Assembly: GCA_015067995.1 (NCBI GenBank)
Contig: SVLJ01000015.1
Span: 511 to 64,510, forward strand
DNA: 64,000 nucleotides
From: Oscillospiraceae bacterium
GTDB lineage: Bacteria; Bacillota; Clostridia; Oscillospirales; Oscillospiraceae
Reading direction: 5' to 3'
Position numbers and translations under genes: made by a program. This document shows, one piece after another, positions 1 through 9,478 of the stretch; the stretch's first letter is position 1, and each line of letters begins with the position of its first letter. The notes below the pieces were generated by a model. It searched no databases. It saw only the letters and a list, made by a program, of their open reading frames with translations, and was not told the origin of the DNA.

Positions 1-301
1 CTTTTCTATCCTGAATACCATTAAGACAAACATCTAATGGATAGTCAAGAAAAATAACGGTATCACACTTTTGCATTCTCAATTCCATTGTGGAACCATA
101 ATTGCCATCAATTATCCACTCACTATTTTCGATTATTTTTAGTAGTCTATCAAGAAAAACGGATTTTCCAACAGTTGTTTTGTCTGCGTTCCAGAACAAC
201 ATATCTAAATGATACAATGGAATATTTGTGATTTTGTGTAATGACTTGGAAAAGGTGCTCTTACCGCTTCCGGGGCAACCAATTACAATAATTTTTTTCA
301 T
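1..301 (-). CDS. P-loop NTPase, adenylate-kinase/topology-modulation-like (3' end runs off the window)
   Basis: Absent from the ORF track because the window edge truncates it. The reverse complement from the ATG at 301-299 reads MKKIIVIGCPGSGKSTFSKSLHKITNIPLYHLDMLFWNADK..., with Walker A GCPGSGKST. The region is AT-rich. Confidence 0.75.
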   Translation of the reverse strand, partial: MKKIIVIGCPGSGKSTFSKSLHKITNIPLYHLDMLFWNADKTTVGKSVFLDRLLKIIENSEWIIDGNYGSTMELRMQKCDTVIFLDYPLDVCLNGIQDRK

Positions 302-548
302 ATCTCACTTGCCTTACAAATTCAAGTTTGCTTTTTTATTTATTCTACCATATTCTTCTGCTTGTATCAACGCTTGGCAAAATCTACAAAGATTTATTCA
401 GCGACAATTAGGGTAAGAGGGACTCGTTTTAGTCCCAATTTACTTTTGGACTGACGGGTTACATCTTTGGCAGTTTCACTAAGTATTGATGCAGGCCGAA
501 AAATATGATAAAGTAAACTGAACGATAAATAAGAATTTGTAGGTGTGA

Positions 549-1046
549 ATGATGAAAACTTTATATATGATTGGTGGTACTATGGGAGTTGGAAAAACAA
601 CTGTGTGCCAACTGCTCAAACAGAATTTACCGAATAGCGTATTTCTTGACGGAGATTGGTGTTGGGACGCAAGTCCGTTCCAAGTAACCGATGAAACAAA
701 AGCAATGGTGACGAATAATATTTGTTACTTACTCAATAATTTCCTGAAATGTTCTGCATACGAGAATATCATCTTTTGTTGGGTGATGCACGAGCAGAGT
801 ATTATCGATTCCATACTTGAGAAGCTGGATACACAAAACTGTGAGGTGAAATGCATCTCGCTTGTATCGAATGAAAAGACTCTGTGTGAAAGATTATCAA
901 TGGATGTAGAAAGAGGTATTCGTTCTGAAGATGTAATTGAGAGAAGCATAGCAAGAATACCGATGTATCAAGCACTCAATACCATTAAGATTGATACCAA
1001 CGCAAAAACCGTAGCTATGATTGCCAATGAGATAAAGCAGTTGTAA
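549..1046 (+). CDS. P-loop ATPase/kinase-like protein (AAA_33-like)
   Basis: 165-aa ORF with Walker A GGTMGVGKTT near the N-terminus. AGGTG RBS lies upstream. AT-rich like the neighbouring gene. Confidence 0.7.
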   Translation: MMKTLYMIGGTMGVGKTTVCQLLKQNLPNSVFLDGDWCWDASPFQVTDETKAMVTNNICYLLNNFLKCSAYENIIFCWVMHEQSIIDSILEKLDTQNCEVKCISLVSNEKTLCERLSMDVERGIRSEDVIERSIARIPMYQALNTIKIDTNAKTVAMIANEIKQL

Positions 1047-1079
1047 TACTGTCAAATTCCAATTTGTCAGTCTGTGAGA

Positions 1080-1115
1080 GCGGACTCCATCCTTCCCGGG
1101 TGGAGTCCGCTTTCT
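1080..1115. terminator. bidirectional intrinsic terminator between convergent genes
   Basis: Stem GCGGACTCCA (1080-1089) pairs with TGGAGTCCGC (1101-1110), followed by TTTCT. Confidence 0.6.
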
Positions 1116-1120
1116 GCCGC

Positions 1121-2494
1121 TCAGTTCGTTTCCGGCGGATATGCGCGGATCTCCCGTGCCACAGTGCCGGAGAGGAGCAGCAGACAGATAAGGTTGGGGA
1201 AGCACATCAGTGCGTTGCAGATATCCGACAGATGCCACAGAAGCTCCGTGTTCCAGACGCAGCCCAGAAAGACGAACAGGATGAAGACTGCCCGATACAG
1301 CGGAACGGCTCTGGCACCTGCCAGAAACACCAGTGCCTGTTCTCCCATGTACTCCCAGCCGGGAATGGTGGAAAAACCGAACAGAACCAGACAGGCGCAC
1401 ACCAGCAGTGCACCCGGCTGTCCCAGCTGACTGCGGAAGACCAGAATGGTCAGCTGCGCGCCGGTGACCGGAGCGCCTGTGCTGTCTGTTGTACCCAGAA
1501 CACCGGACACACAAACCACAAGACCGGTGACGGTGCAGAGGATGATGGTGTCGATCACCGGGGCGGTCATGGCGATATAGCCCTGCTGAACGGGATGCAC
1601 GCCGTCTGCCGCCGCTGCGGAGATGGCGGCGGAACCCATGCCCGCCTCGTTGGAGTAGCAGCCCCGGGCGATACCGTATCGGGCGGCGGTGAAGGAGGAA
1701 ATGGTGGTGCCGGCTGCACCGCCTATGACGGCGGTGGGGGTGAAGGCCGCCCGCAGCATCATGAGGAGGCTTTCCGGCAGTGTGCCGATGTTGCGGAGGA
1801 TCACCCACAGACTTCCGGCGAGAAAGAGAACGGACATCACGGGAACGGCAGCGGAGGACAGGGCGGAGATTCGCCGGATACCGCCGGAGATCACAGCCAG
1901 CGTCAGCAGAGAGAGTACAGCGGCTGCGCCTTTTCGCGGTGCGCCGCACATCAGCTCCAGTGCGTCGGTGATGGCGGCTGACTGGGTCATGCCGCCTACG
2001 CCGAAGGAGGCCAGCACTGTGAAAGCGGAAAAGGCGGCGGCCAGAAAAGTCCCCAGCTGTCTGGGCCGCAGGGCGGTGCGCATCACGTACATGGGGCCGC
2101 CCCGCACCTGCCCGTCACTTCCCCGCACCCGATAGCGGGAGGCGAGCATGCTTTCGGCGAAGGCGGTGGAGACGCCGAACAGCGCGGAGATCTCCATCCA
2201 TACCAGTGCGCCGGGACCGCCGCATACCAGTGCCGTGGAGACGCCGGCCAGATTTCCGGTGCCCAGCGTAGCGGCCAGTGCCGTCATCAGGGATGCCAGC
2301 GGGGAAACGCCGCCGGCGGTTTTCTTCCGGGAACCGGGTGAGAAAATACTTCGCATGGCCCGCCCCAGAGACCGCCACGGGCGAAAGCCGGTGCGTATGG
2401 TCAGATAGGCGCCGGTACCCACCAGAAACAGCTGGGTGCCAAGTCCCCAGACCATAGCGTTGATCTGACTGACGATTTCGGGAAACTGCATCAT
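1121..2494 (-). CDS. alanine/glycine:cation symporter (AGCS family)
   Basis: ORF 1121..2557, trimmed to the MMQFPEIVSQINAMVWG start at 2494. It is multi-pass hydrophobic with AGCS-type motifs (GGPGALVWMEISALFG, SNEAGMGSAAI) and is a paralogue of 20463..21857. Confidence 0.85.
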   Translation of the reverse strand: MMQFPEIVSQINAMVWGLGTQLFLVGTGAYLTIRTGFRPWRSLGRAMRSIFSPGSRKKTAGGVSPLASLMTALAATLGTGNLAGVSTALVCGGPGALVWMEISALFGVSTAFAESMLASRYRVRGSDGQVRGGPMYVMRTALRPRQLGTFLAAAFSAFTVLASFGVGGMTQSAAITDALELMCGAPRKGAAAVLSLLTLAVISGGIRRISALSSAAVPVMSVLFLAGSLWVILRNIGTLPESLLMMLRAAFTPTAVIGGAAGTTISSFTAARYGIARGCYSNEAGMGSAAISAAAADGVHPVQQGYIAMTAPVIDTIILCTVTGLVVCVSGVLGTTDSTGAPVTGAQLTILVFRSQLGQPGALLVCACLVLFGFSTIPGWEYMGEQALVFLAGARAVPLYRAVFILFVFLGCVWNTELLWHLSDICNALMCFPNLICLLLLSGTVAREIRAYPPETN

Positions 2495-2600
2495 GAACCC
2501 CTCCTGCCGGACTTTGGATTGTCCTACACTATGCGGCAGCGGAGGGGGAACATGCATGAAAAGCGCCTGCTCCGCCTTTCGGCGGGGCAGGCGTTGCTGC

Positions 2601-3287
2601 TTATTCTTCGATCTCTTCCATCAGACGCATACCGGCGGTGTCGGTGACCGGCAGGGAGAAGACGATGGCTCCGGCTTTGGTACCGGTGCCTGCCTCGTCC
2701 ATAATGGCACGCATGATGTCGTTTTTCTGATCCTTGCGGACCACAATGAAGATCATTTCCTTCTCGGGGACCAGGGTGACACCCATGAATTTCTGAGCCA
2801 GATGGGTGCCAGTGCCCTTGGCATGGATCACTGTGCCGCCGGCGGCATGCACCTTGCGGGCGGCATCCATGATCAGCTCGGTATAGCCCTGATTGGAAAT
2901 GGTGACCAGCAGTTCGTACTTGGTGTCTTTCAAAGTCGATTCCTCTCCTTTTACATAGTCCTGACCGGCGGTGAGATAATTCAGTGCCTTTCTGCCGCCG
3001 ATGCTGCTGAGGGGCACAAGGAAGGTGATGCCGATGCCTGGGATGTCAATGTTCATTTTCAGCCGGAGCTGGCGCTTGACATCTTTCCACTTGGTGTCGG
3101 TGATGATGTGGAACAGAACACTCTTGTCGGAGCCGTCCAGACCGAAATAATCCAGAATTTCGCTGGAGGCTGTGCCGCAGCCCAGTGTAACTACGGAGAC
3201 GGGCAGGCCCATTTCCTCGTAGAAGCTGATGAATTTTTTGGACAGCTTGCGGCTGGTGATGGTTACCATCAAAGACAATTCATTCAT
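2601..3287 (-). CDS. tandem P-II-like signalling protein (two PII-like halves)
   Basis: 228 aa. The second half, ELLVTISNQGYTELIMDAARKVHAAGGTVIHAKGTG...KEMIFIVVRKDQ...GAIVFSLPV, fits the PII fold pattern, and the first half is a diverged copy. GGGAGGG RBS. Adjacent to the DUF1538 gene, as is typical. Confidence 0.7.
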   Translation of the reverse strand: MNELSLMVTITSRKLSKKFISFYEEMGLPVSVVTLGCGTASSEILDYFGLDGSDKSVLFHIITDTKWKDVKRQLRLKMNIDIPGIGITFLVPLSSIGGRKALNYLTAGQDYVKGEESTLKDTKYELLVTISNQGYTELIMDAARKVHAAGGTVIHAKGTGTHLAQKFMGVTLVPEKEMIFIVVRKDQKNDIMRAIMDEAGTGTKAGAIVFSLPVTDTAGMRLMEEIEE

Positions 3288-3304
3288 AGTTCAGCCCTCC
3301 CGGA

Positions 3305-4822
3305 TCAAAGCTCAATGATGGCATCATCCAGATCAGACAGCTGGAATTCGCCGGAGATACCTTTGCGCCGCTTGATCACGGTGACAAGACCAAGGATCTG
3401 GATGGTGATCAGTGGCGTCATGGCGACCATAGCCACAACACCGAAGGCATCAGTGGTCAGATTGCCGCCAACTGCCACACAGGCGCCCTGTGCCAGAGGC
3501 AGCAGGAAGGTGGCGGTCATGGGGCCGGAGGCCACGCCGCCGGAGTCAAAGGCAATGGCGGTGAAAATTTTGGGGACAACAAAGCTCAGTCCCAGTGCAA
3601 TGGCGTAGCCGGGAATCAGGAACCACAGGATGGGGATGCCGGTGAGGACGCGGGTCATAGCCAGTGCCACAGAAGCCGCCACGCCCAGAGACAGGCTCAG
3701 GCCCATGGCCTTGGCGGAGATGGCGCCGTCGGTGATTTCCTCAACCTGATTATTCAGCACATAGACGGCAGGCTCGGCCTTGACGATGAAGTAGCCGATG
3801 ATGGCGCCGATGGGGATCAGCAGATAGCGGTAGGACTGTCCGGCGATGACGCTGCCCAGATAAGTACCTGCGGGCATGAAGCCCACGTTGGCGCCGGTGA
3901 GGAACAGCACCAGACCAATGTAAGTATACATCAGACCAATGAGGATTTTGCCCAGATTTCTGCCGGACAGGTGCAGAGAGAAAATCTGGAACAGACCGAA
4001 GAAAGCGATGATGGGGAACAGGGAAATGGCGATCTCCTGCAGGTAGGCGGGCAGCTCCTTGGCGAAGATCTGCCACAACTCCACGGTATCCCGGATCTGG
4101 ATATTCTGGATCATTTCCGGTGTGCTTTCACCGGGATTGAAGATCAGGCCCAGCAGCAGCACTGCCAGGATGGGGCCCACGGAGCACAGTGCTACCAGGC
4201 CGAAGCTGTCATCCGCGGCATGGCGGTCGTTTCGGATGGCGGAGATGCCGACGCCCAGTGCCATGATGAAGGGGACGGTCATGGGGCCGGTGGTAACACC
4301 GCCGGAGTCAAAGGCGATGGCCCGGAAGTCGCCGGGCACAAAAAACGCCAGTATAAATACGATGATGTACAGCACCACCAGCAGGTGGGACAGGGCAACG
4401 CTCAGCAGCATGCGCAGAATGGCCACCACCAGGAAAAGACCCACGCCAATGGCCACGGCCAGAATCAGCGTCTGGTTGGGGATGGAGGGAACCAGCTCTG
4501 CCAGCACCTGCAGGTCAGGCTCGGAAATGGTGATGATAACGCCCAGTATGAAGCTGAGAAGCACAATGAACCAGACTTTCTTCGTCTGCGTCATTTTGGC
4601 GCCGACCTTTTCGCCCATGGGCGTCATGGACATCTCCGCGCCCAGTGTAAAAAACATCATGCCCACCATAACCAGCAGAGCGCCCATCAGGAAGCTCAGC
4701 AGAATGCTGGGAGACAGCGGTGCCAGCGTAAAGCTCAGTGCCAGAACAATGACGATGACCGGGACCACTGCCGCCAGCGCCTCGGACATCTTGTGCTGCA
4801 TCTTAGGATTCCAGAATTTCAA
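3305..4822 (-). CDS. DUF1538 family membrane protein (internally duplicated)
   Basis: 505 aa, polytopic. The motif AFDSGGV(T/A)(T/S)GPMT occurs twice (AIAFDSGGVTTGPMTVPF and AIAFDSGGVASGPMTATF). TTG start with GAGGTG RBS. Confidence 0.8.
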   Translation of the reverse strand: MKFWNPKMQHKMSEALAAVVPVIVIVLALSFTLAPLSPSILLSFLMGALLVMVGMMFFTLGAEMSMTPMGEKVGAKMTQTKKVWFIVLLSFILGVIITISEPDLQVLAELVPSIPNQTLILAVAIGVGLFLVVAILRMLLSVALSHLLVVLYIIVFILAFFVPGDFRAIAFDSGGVTTGPMTVPFIMALGVGISAIRNDRHAADDSFGLVALCSVGPILAVLLLGLIFNPGESTPEMIQNIQIRDTVELWQIFAKELPAYLQEIAISLFPIIAFFGLFQIFSLHLSGRNLGKILIGLMYTYIGLVLFLTGANVGFMPAGTYLGSVIAGQSYRYLLIPIGAIIGYFIVKAEPAVYVLNNQVEEITDGAISAKAMGLSLSLGVAASVALAMTRVLTGIPILWFLIPGYAIALGLSFVVPKIFTAIAFDSGGVASGPMTATFLLPLAQGACVAVGGNLTTDAFGVVAMVAMTPLITIQILGLVTVIKRRKGISGEFQLSDLDDAIIEL

Positions 4823-4936
4823 TTGATCACCTCGCTGGGATTTTTAGAAAGGCACATACAAAATCAGTTTACCATAACGACCTGTAAAAAGAGAAGTCTT
4901 TGCAAAAAATTAACGGATCATTAACACACCGGAAAA

Positions 4937-4968
4937 ATTGGCCACAGGGGATTTCCCCTGTGGCCAAT
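4937..4968. terminator. intrinsic terminator downstream of fbp
   Basis: ATTGGCCACAGGGGA-TTTC-CCCTGTGGCCAAT hairpin. On the minus strand it is followed by TTTTCC. Confidence 0.7.
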
Positions 4969-4987
4969 GGATGGATATGGGCTGCGC

Positions 4988-6979
4988 TCAGCGCTTGTGA
5001 TCCTCGGCAATGGCACCGCTGCGGTAAGCAGCCAGCAGAGCCATCAGGTCATCAATCTGTTCCTGCAGTTGGCGGCCAATGTCTGTTTCGGCGATCTTCT
5101 GGCGGTTGTCCATGCGCTCGAAAATCTGTGTGGTGGAGGCAATGTCGCGGTTGTTGCGGATGGCGTCTGCCTGACCTGCGAAGGGTTCGTGGGCCACCAG
5201 CCGCAGACAGTTGGAGTTATAAATGAGAGTGTAGCCGGCAATACCGGTGGTTTTCTGATATGCTTTGCAGAAGCCACCGTCGATGACCAGCAGCTTGCCG
5301 CCGCCCTTGATGGGACTTTCCCCCTTCTTGGACTTCACGGGGATATGTCCGTTGATGATGTGACAGTGAGGCTCTGTGAGGCCGAACTCTGCCAGCAGAG
5401 CGTCGCAGACGGCCGGGTCCTGATAATAGCGGTAATAGGCGTTCTTAGGCTCGGTCCAGACATCCTCATCCTCGATGAAGCGGCGCTCGAAGGTGGTCAT
5501 CCGGTCGCGGCCGAAAATGGGACTGTTGCGGCCTGCCCACAGCCACCACAGAAAGTCCATACCGAACTGCCGTTCGGGGGAGCCGATCTTGCTGTAGTAA
5601 GCCCGACGGGCGGTGGCGTCGGCGTAGTCCAGAAAAGCCTTGCCGGACAGATTGTCGCAGCCGATGGAGAAGGACATGAGATCGCCGTCCTCGGTCATGG
5701 GGATGCAGCCGTGAAGCAGCAGGTTGCCGTTGTACACACGATACAGGCTGCCCTGAGAATAGAGGAAGCGGATGTGCCGCTGAAGCTTTTCACTGTGGCG
5801 GAAGGAGCGGGTCAGCTGATTGATGAGGGCATCCTCTTCGGGAGTGAGAGTATAGGGGTCGGCGGGATCCACCGTTGGGAAGTCGGTGTCCAGCATGGGA
5901 TGGATCTGACCGTTGATGGTGATGGTTTTGCTCTCGTAATCGATCTTGTCCAGCAGCAGGCGATCCTCCATGCCGAAGCAGGGATTGCGGAGGATCTTCT
6001 GCCCCTCCAGCTTGAAAAGGATCATGGTGATGGCCTTGTGCATCTGCGCGGCCAGCAGCTTGTCTTTTTCGGAATATTCCTGAGTGTCATCCTTGCTGAT
6101 CTTTACCTGGAACTGTGTGATGTCACAGTCGCGGTAGACCTCGCCTGCAAATACGGCCAGGGGACGCAGGGAGATGCCGTAACCGGTCTCGATGATGTCC
6201 AGATTGTTGTAGCGCAGGGAGTTGAGCAGCACGGTAGCCACCAGCGTCCGGGAGCCGGAAGCGGCGCCCATCCACAGCACGTCATGGTTGCCCCACTGGA
6301 CATCCACGCTGTGATGGTTCAGCAGCTCATCCATAATGATATCGGCGCCGGGGCCGCGGTCATAGATATCGCCCACCAGATGCAGCCGATCCACTGCCAG
6401 CCGCTGGATCAGCTTGCACAGCCGGATCAGGAAGCTGGAGGCGCGGTCCAGATCGATAATGGTGGAGATGATGTTTTCGTAATAGTCCCGCTTGTCATTG
6501 TCCTGATAGTTGGTGTGGATCAGCTCGTCGATGATATAGGCGTACTCCGGCGGCATGGCCTTGCGGACCTTGGAGCGGGTATACTTGGAGCTGACCAGAC
6601 AGCACACTTCAATGAGGCGGTGGAAAGTGATGCGATACCACTCCCGCAGGTCGGGGACGTCCCGCTCGATCTCCTCCAGCTTTTCTGTGGGATAATAGAT
6701 CAGCGTAGCCAGCTGATCCAGTTCCGCTCTGGTCATGGTAGTGCCGAAGAGCTGATCCAGCTTTTCCCGTACCACGCCGGAGGCGGAATTGAGAATGTGC
6801 TGAAAAGCTTCGTATTCCCCATGGACGTCGGAAATGAAATGTTCCGTGCCCTTGGGCAGATTCTGTATAGCGTGGAGGTTGATGATCTCGGTGCTGGCGG
6901 CCTGTACGTTGGGATACTGCTTGGCCAGCATCTTCAGGTAGTGCAGGTGTTCCGGACGGTAAGAACTCTTTCCGGTCAT
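4988..6979 (-). CDS. fbp: fructose-1,6-bisphosphatase, class 3 (Firmicutes type)
   Basis: 663 aa. The N-terminus, YLKMLAKQYPNVQAASTEIINLHAIQNLPKGTEHFISDVHGEYEAF, is characteristic of class-III FBPase. AGGAGG RBS. Confidence 0.93.
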   Translation of the reverse strand: MTGKSSYRPEHLHYLKMLAKQYPNVQAASTEIINLHAIQNLPKGTEHFISDVHGEYEAFQHILNSASGVVREKLDQLFGTTMTRAELDQLATLIYYPTEKLEEIERDVPDLREWYRITFHRLIEVCCLVSSKYTRSKVRKAMPPEYAYIIDELIHTNYQDNDKRDYYENIISTIIDLDRASSFLIRLCKLIQRLAVDRLHLVGDIYDRGPGADIIMDELLNHHSVDVQWGNHDVLWMGAASGSRTLVATVLLNSLRYNNLDIIETGYGISLRPLAVFAGEVYRDCDITQFQVKISKDDTQEYSEKDKLLAAQMHKAITMILFKLEGQKILRNPCFGMEDRLLLDKIDYESKTITINGQIHPMLDTDFPTVDPADPYTLTPEEDALINQLTRSFRHSEKLQRHIRFLYSQGSLYRVYNGNLLLHGCIPMTEDGDLMSFSIGCDNLSGKAFLDYADATARRAYYSKIGSPERQFGMDFLWWLWAGRNSPIFGRDRMTTFERRFIEDEDVWTEPKNAYYRYYQDPAVCDALLAEFGLTEPHCHIINGHIPVKSKKGESPIKGGGKLLVIDGGFCKAYQKTTGIAGYTLIYNSNCLRLVAHEPFAGQADAIRNNRDIASTTQIFERMDNRQKIAETDIGRQLQEQIDDLMALLAAYRSGAIAEDHKR

Positions 6980-7287
6980 GACAAATCCTCCTTGAGTGTG
7001 ATTTTGCGGGTTGTTGCCTTCAGTATATCACATGGGCAAAGGAAAGAAAAGGAAAGATTCTGCCTGAAAAACGGGCAAACGTTTGCTTTTGAAAACAAAA
7101 ATTTTCCAGAAAGAACAAACAGAATCCCTCCTTTGCGGCGGCGCGCTGTGATACAATCCATTCGGGGTTCGATGTTCTGGAAAGGAACGTGGATTATCTG
7201 TGTGAAATTGACAAAATTACACTGCATGAGAAATAACGTTAAGGCGGAATGCACAAAAAAACCTGCGCCGATTTGACGCGGCTAACC

Positions 7288-7316
7288 TTGACGCTTTTTC
7301 CATATCGGGCTATAAT
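7288..7316 (+). promoter_or_regulatory. sigma-A-type promoter of the glycogen operon
   Basis: TTGACG (7288-7293), 17 nt spacer, TATAAT (7311-7316). It lies about 100 nt upstream of glgB. Confidence 0.6.
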
Positions 7317-7417
7317 ATGAAGTTAGATAGATAGAATACCAAAGGGATGGAAGGCAGCGGCCGTACACTGTGGCCGCCAACAGACGAAGGGTGGACAAGC
7401 CCGGAGAGGAGCATTCC

Positions 7418-9358
7418 ATGACAGAACAGGAGTATACCAGAAAGTATTATGCCGGAGAACTGACGGACGGCTGGCGCTGGTTCGGCGCACATCCTGCGGT
7501 GCGGGACGGTGCGGAGGGGTGGACCTTCCGCCTCTGGGCGCCCAAGGCGCAGCGGGTGTCGGTGGTAGGCAATTTCAACAACTGGGATGAGAGCAGTCAT
7601 CCTCTGGAGTACCGGGACGGCATCTGGTCCGGCTTTATTCCGGGCCTGCAGCAGATGGACATTTACAAGTATGCCGTGGCCGGTGCCGACGGGCGTACCC
7701 GCCTGAAGGCAGACCCCTACGGCTTCCATTCGGAGCTGCGGCCTGACACGGCCTCCAAACTCTATGACATCAGCGGCTTTCGCTGGACGGATAAGGCATT
7801 CCGCAATCGCAGAAAGAAAAAGCAGGTCTATTCTTCCCCGCTGAATATCTACGAGGTGCATTTGGGCTCCTGGAAAAAGAAACCGGACGGCACGCTTTAC
7901 AACTATCGGGAGCTGGCGGTGGAGCTGGCAGAGTATGTGAAGGATATGGGCTACACCGCCATCGAACTGCTGCCGGTGACGGAGTATCCGCTGGACATGT
8001 CCTGGGGCTATCAGTGTACCGGATATTTTGCGGCCACCTCCCGCTACGGCACGCCGGAGGATTTGATGTGGTTTGTTAACCACATGCATGAGAAGGGCAT
8101 CGCGGTGATTCTGGACTGGGTTCCGGCTCATTTCTGCAAGGATGTTCACGGCCTCATCGACTTTGACGGCACTTATTGCTATGAATACACCGACCCCAAT
8201 AAGCATGAGAATGAGGGCTGGGGCACCCGGGTCTTCGATTTCGGCAAGGCGGAAGTGCTGAGCTTCCTGCTGTCCTCCGCCCGCTTCTGGCTGGAGGAGT
8301 ATCACATGGACGGCATCCGTGTGGACGCCGTGGCCTCCATGCTCTATCTGGATTATGGACGGGAAGGGAAGCCATGGTCTCCCAACCGCTACGGCGGACG
8401 TGAGAATCTGGAGGCCATCGAGTTCCTGAAAAAGCTCAATACCATGGCGTTCTCTGTGGACCCGGATGTGCTGATGATCGCAGAGGAATCCACCTCCTTC
8501 GCCGGTGTTACCAGGCCGGTGGACCTGGGTGGTCTTGGGTTCAATCTGAAATGGAACATGGGCTGGATGAACGATATGTGCCACTACCTGAAGATGGACC
8601 CCTGGTTCCGCCAGCATCATCACAAGGACATCACCTTCTCTCTGATGTACGCCTTTAACGAGAATTTCGTGCTGCCCATGTCCCACGACGAAGTGGTGCA
8701 TATGAAGGGCAGTGTGGTGAATAAAATGCCCGGAGACTATGAAACGCAGCTGCGTGCCCTCCGTGGCTTTTACGCGTATCTGCTGGGTCATCCCGGCAAG
8801 AAGCTGATGTTTATGGGCGCGGAGATCGGCCAGTGGCACGAGTGGGATGACGCCGGGCAGCTGGACTGGTACCTGTTGGGCGATAATGAGATCAACCGCC
8901 GGACCAGGGCCTTCTTCAAGGCGGCCAACGAGTTCTACGCCAAACAGCCCGCCCTGTGGGAGATCGATTTCAGCTGGGAAGGCTTTGAGTGGCTGGTGGC
9001 GGACGACAACCAGAACAACGTGGTGGTTTTCCTCCGCAAGGACAAGGAAGGCAACGAACTGCTGTGTGCCGTGAACTTCTCACCCAATGCCTATGAGAAT
9101 TATCGTGTGGGCGTGCCTGCCCGGAAACGGTATGTGCCGTTGCTGAACACGGATGATCCGGCCTTCGGCGGTAGCGGCTTCGGCAACGAGAAGGCTGTGC
9201 CGGTGGAGAAGATCCCCTCCCACGGCAAGGAGCAGTCCATCAGTATCCGCATCCCGCCCTTCGGCGGCGTGTTCTTCAAGAGCTGGGGCAAGATTCAGCA
9301 GAAGAAGGAAGAAGCTGCCGACAAGCCGGTGAAGAAACCGGCCAGGAAAACCAAGTGA
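7418..9358 (+). CDS. glgB: 1,4-alpha-glucan branching enzyme
   Basis: ORF 7370..9358, trimmed to the MTEQEYTRKYY start with GGAGAGGA RBS. Carries GH13 branching-enzyme motifs (DWVPAHF, GIRVDAVASMLY, MIAEES, HDEVVH). Confidence 0.95.
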   Translation: MTEQEYTRKYYAGELTDGWRWFGAHPAVRDGAEGWTFRLWAPKAQRVSVVGNFNNWDESSHPLEYRDGIWSGFIPGLQQMDIYKYAVAGADGRTRLKADPYGFHSELRPDTASKLYDISGFRWTDKAFRNRRKKKQVYSSPLNIYEVHLGSWKKKPDGTLYNYRELAVELAEYVKDMGYTAIELLPVTEYPLDMSWGYQCTGYFAATSRYGTPEDLMWFVNHMHEKGIAVILDWVPAHFCKDVHGLIDFDGTYCYEYTDPNKHENEGWGTRVFDFGKAEVLSFLLSSARFWLEEYHMDGIRVDAVASMLYLDYGREGKPWSPNRYGGRENLEAIEFLKKLNTMAFSVDPDVLMIAEESTSFAGVTRPVDLGGLGFNLKWNMGWMNDMCHYLKMDPWFRQHHHKDITFSLMYAFNENFVLPMSHDEVVHMKGSVVNKMPGDYETQLRALRGFYAYLLGHPGKKLMFMGAEIGQWHEWDDAGQLDWYLLGDNEINRRTRAFFKAANEFYAKQPALWEIDFSWEGFEWLVADDNQNNVVVFLRKDKEGNELLCAVNFSPNAYENYRVGVPARKRYVPLLNTDDPAFGGSGFGNEKAVPVEKIPSHGKEQSISIRIPPFGGVFFKSWGKIQQKKEEAADKPVKKPARKTK

Positions 9359-9478
9359 TCCTTCGCGGCCGGACGGCCGCGTACATAAAATCATAAAACC
9401 GAGAGAACCGTGTTCCCGCGCATCAAGAAGAGAGGAACGCAGTAAGCACCGTTCCTCAATGAAAGGAGACGATTCCCC

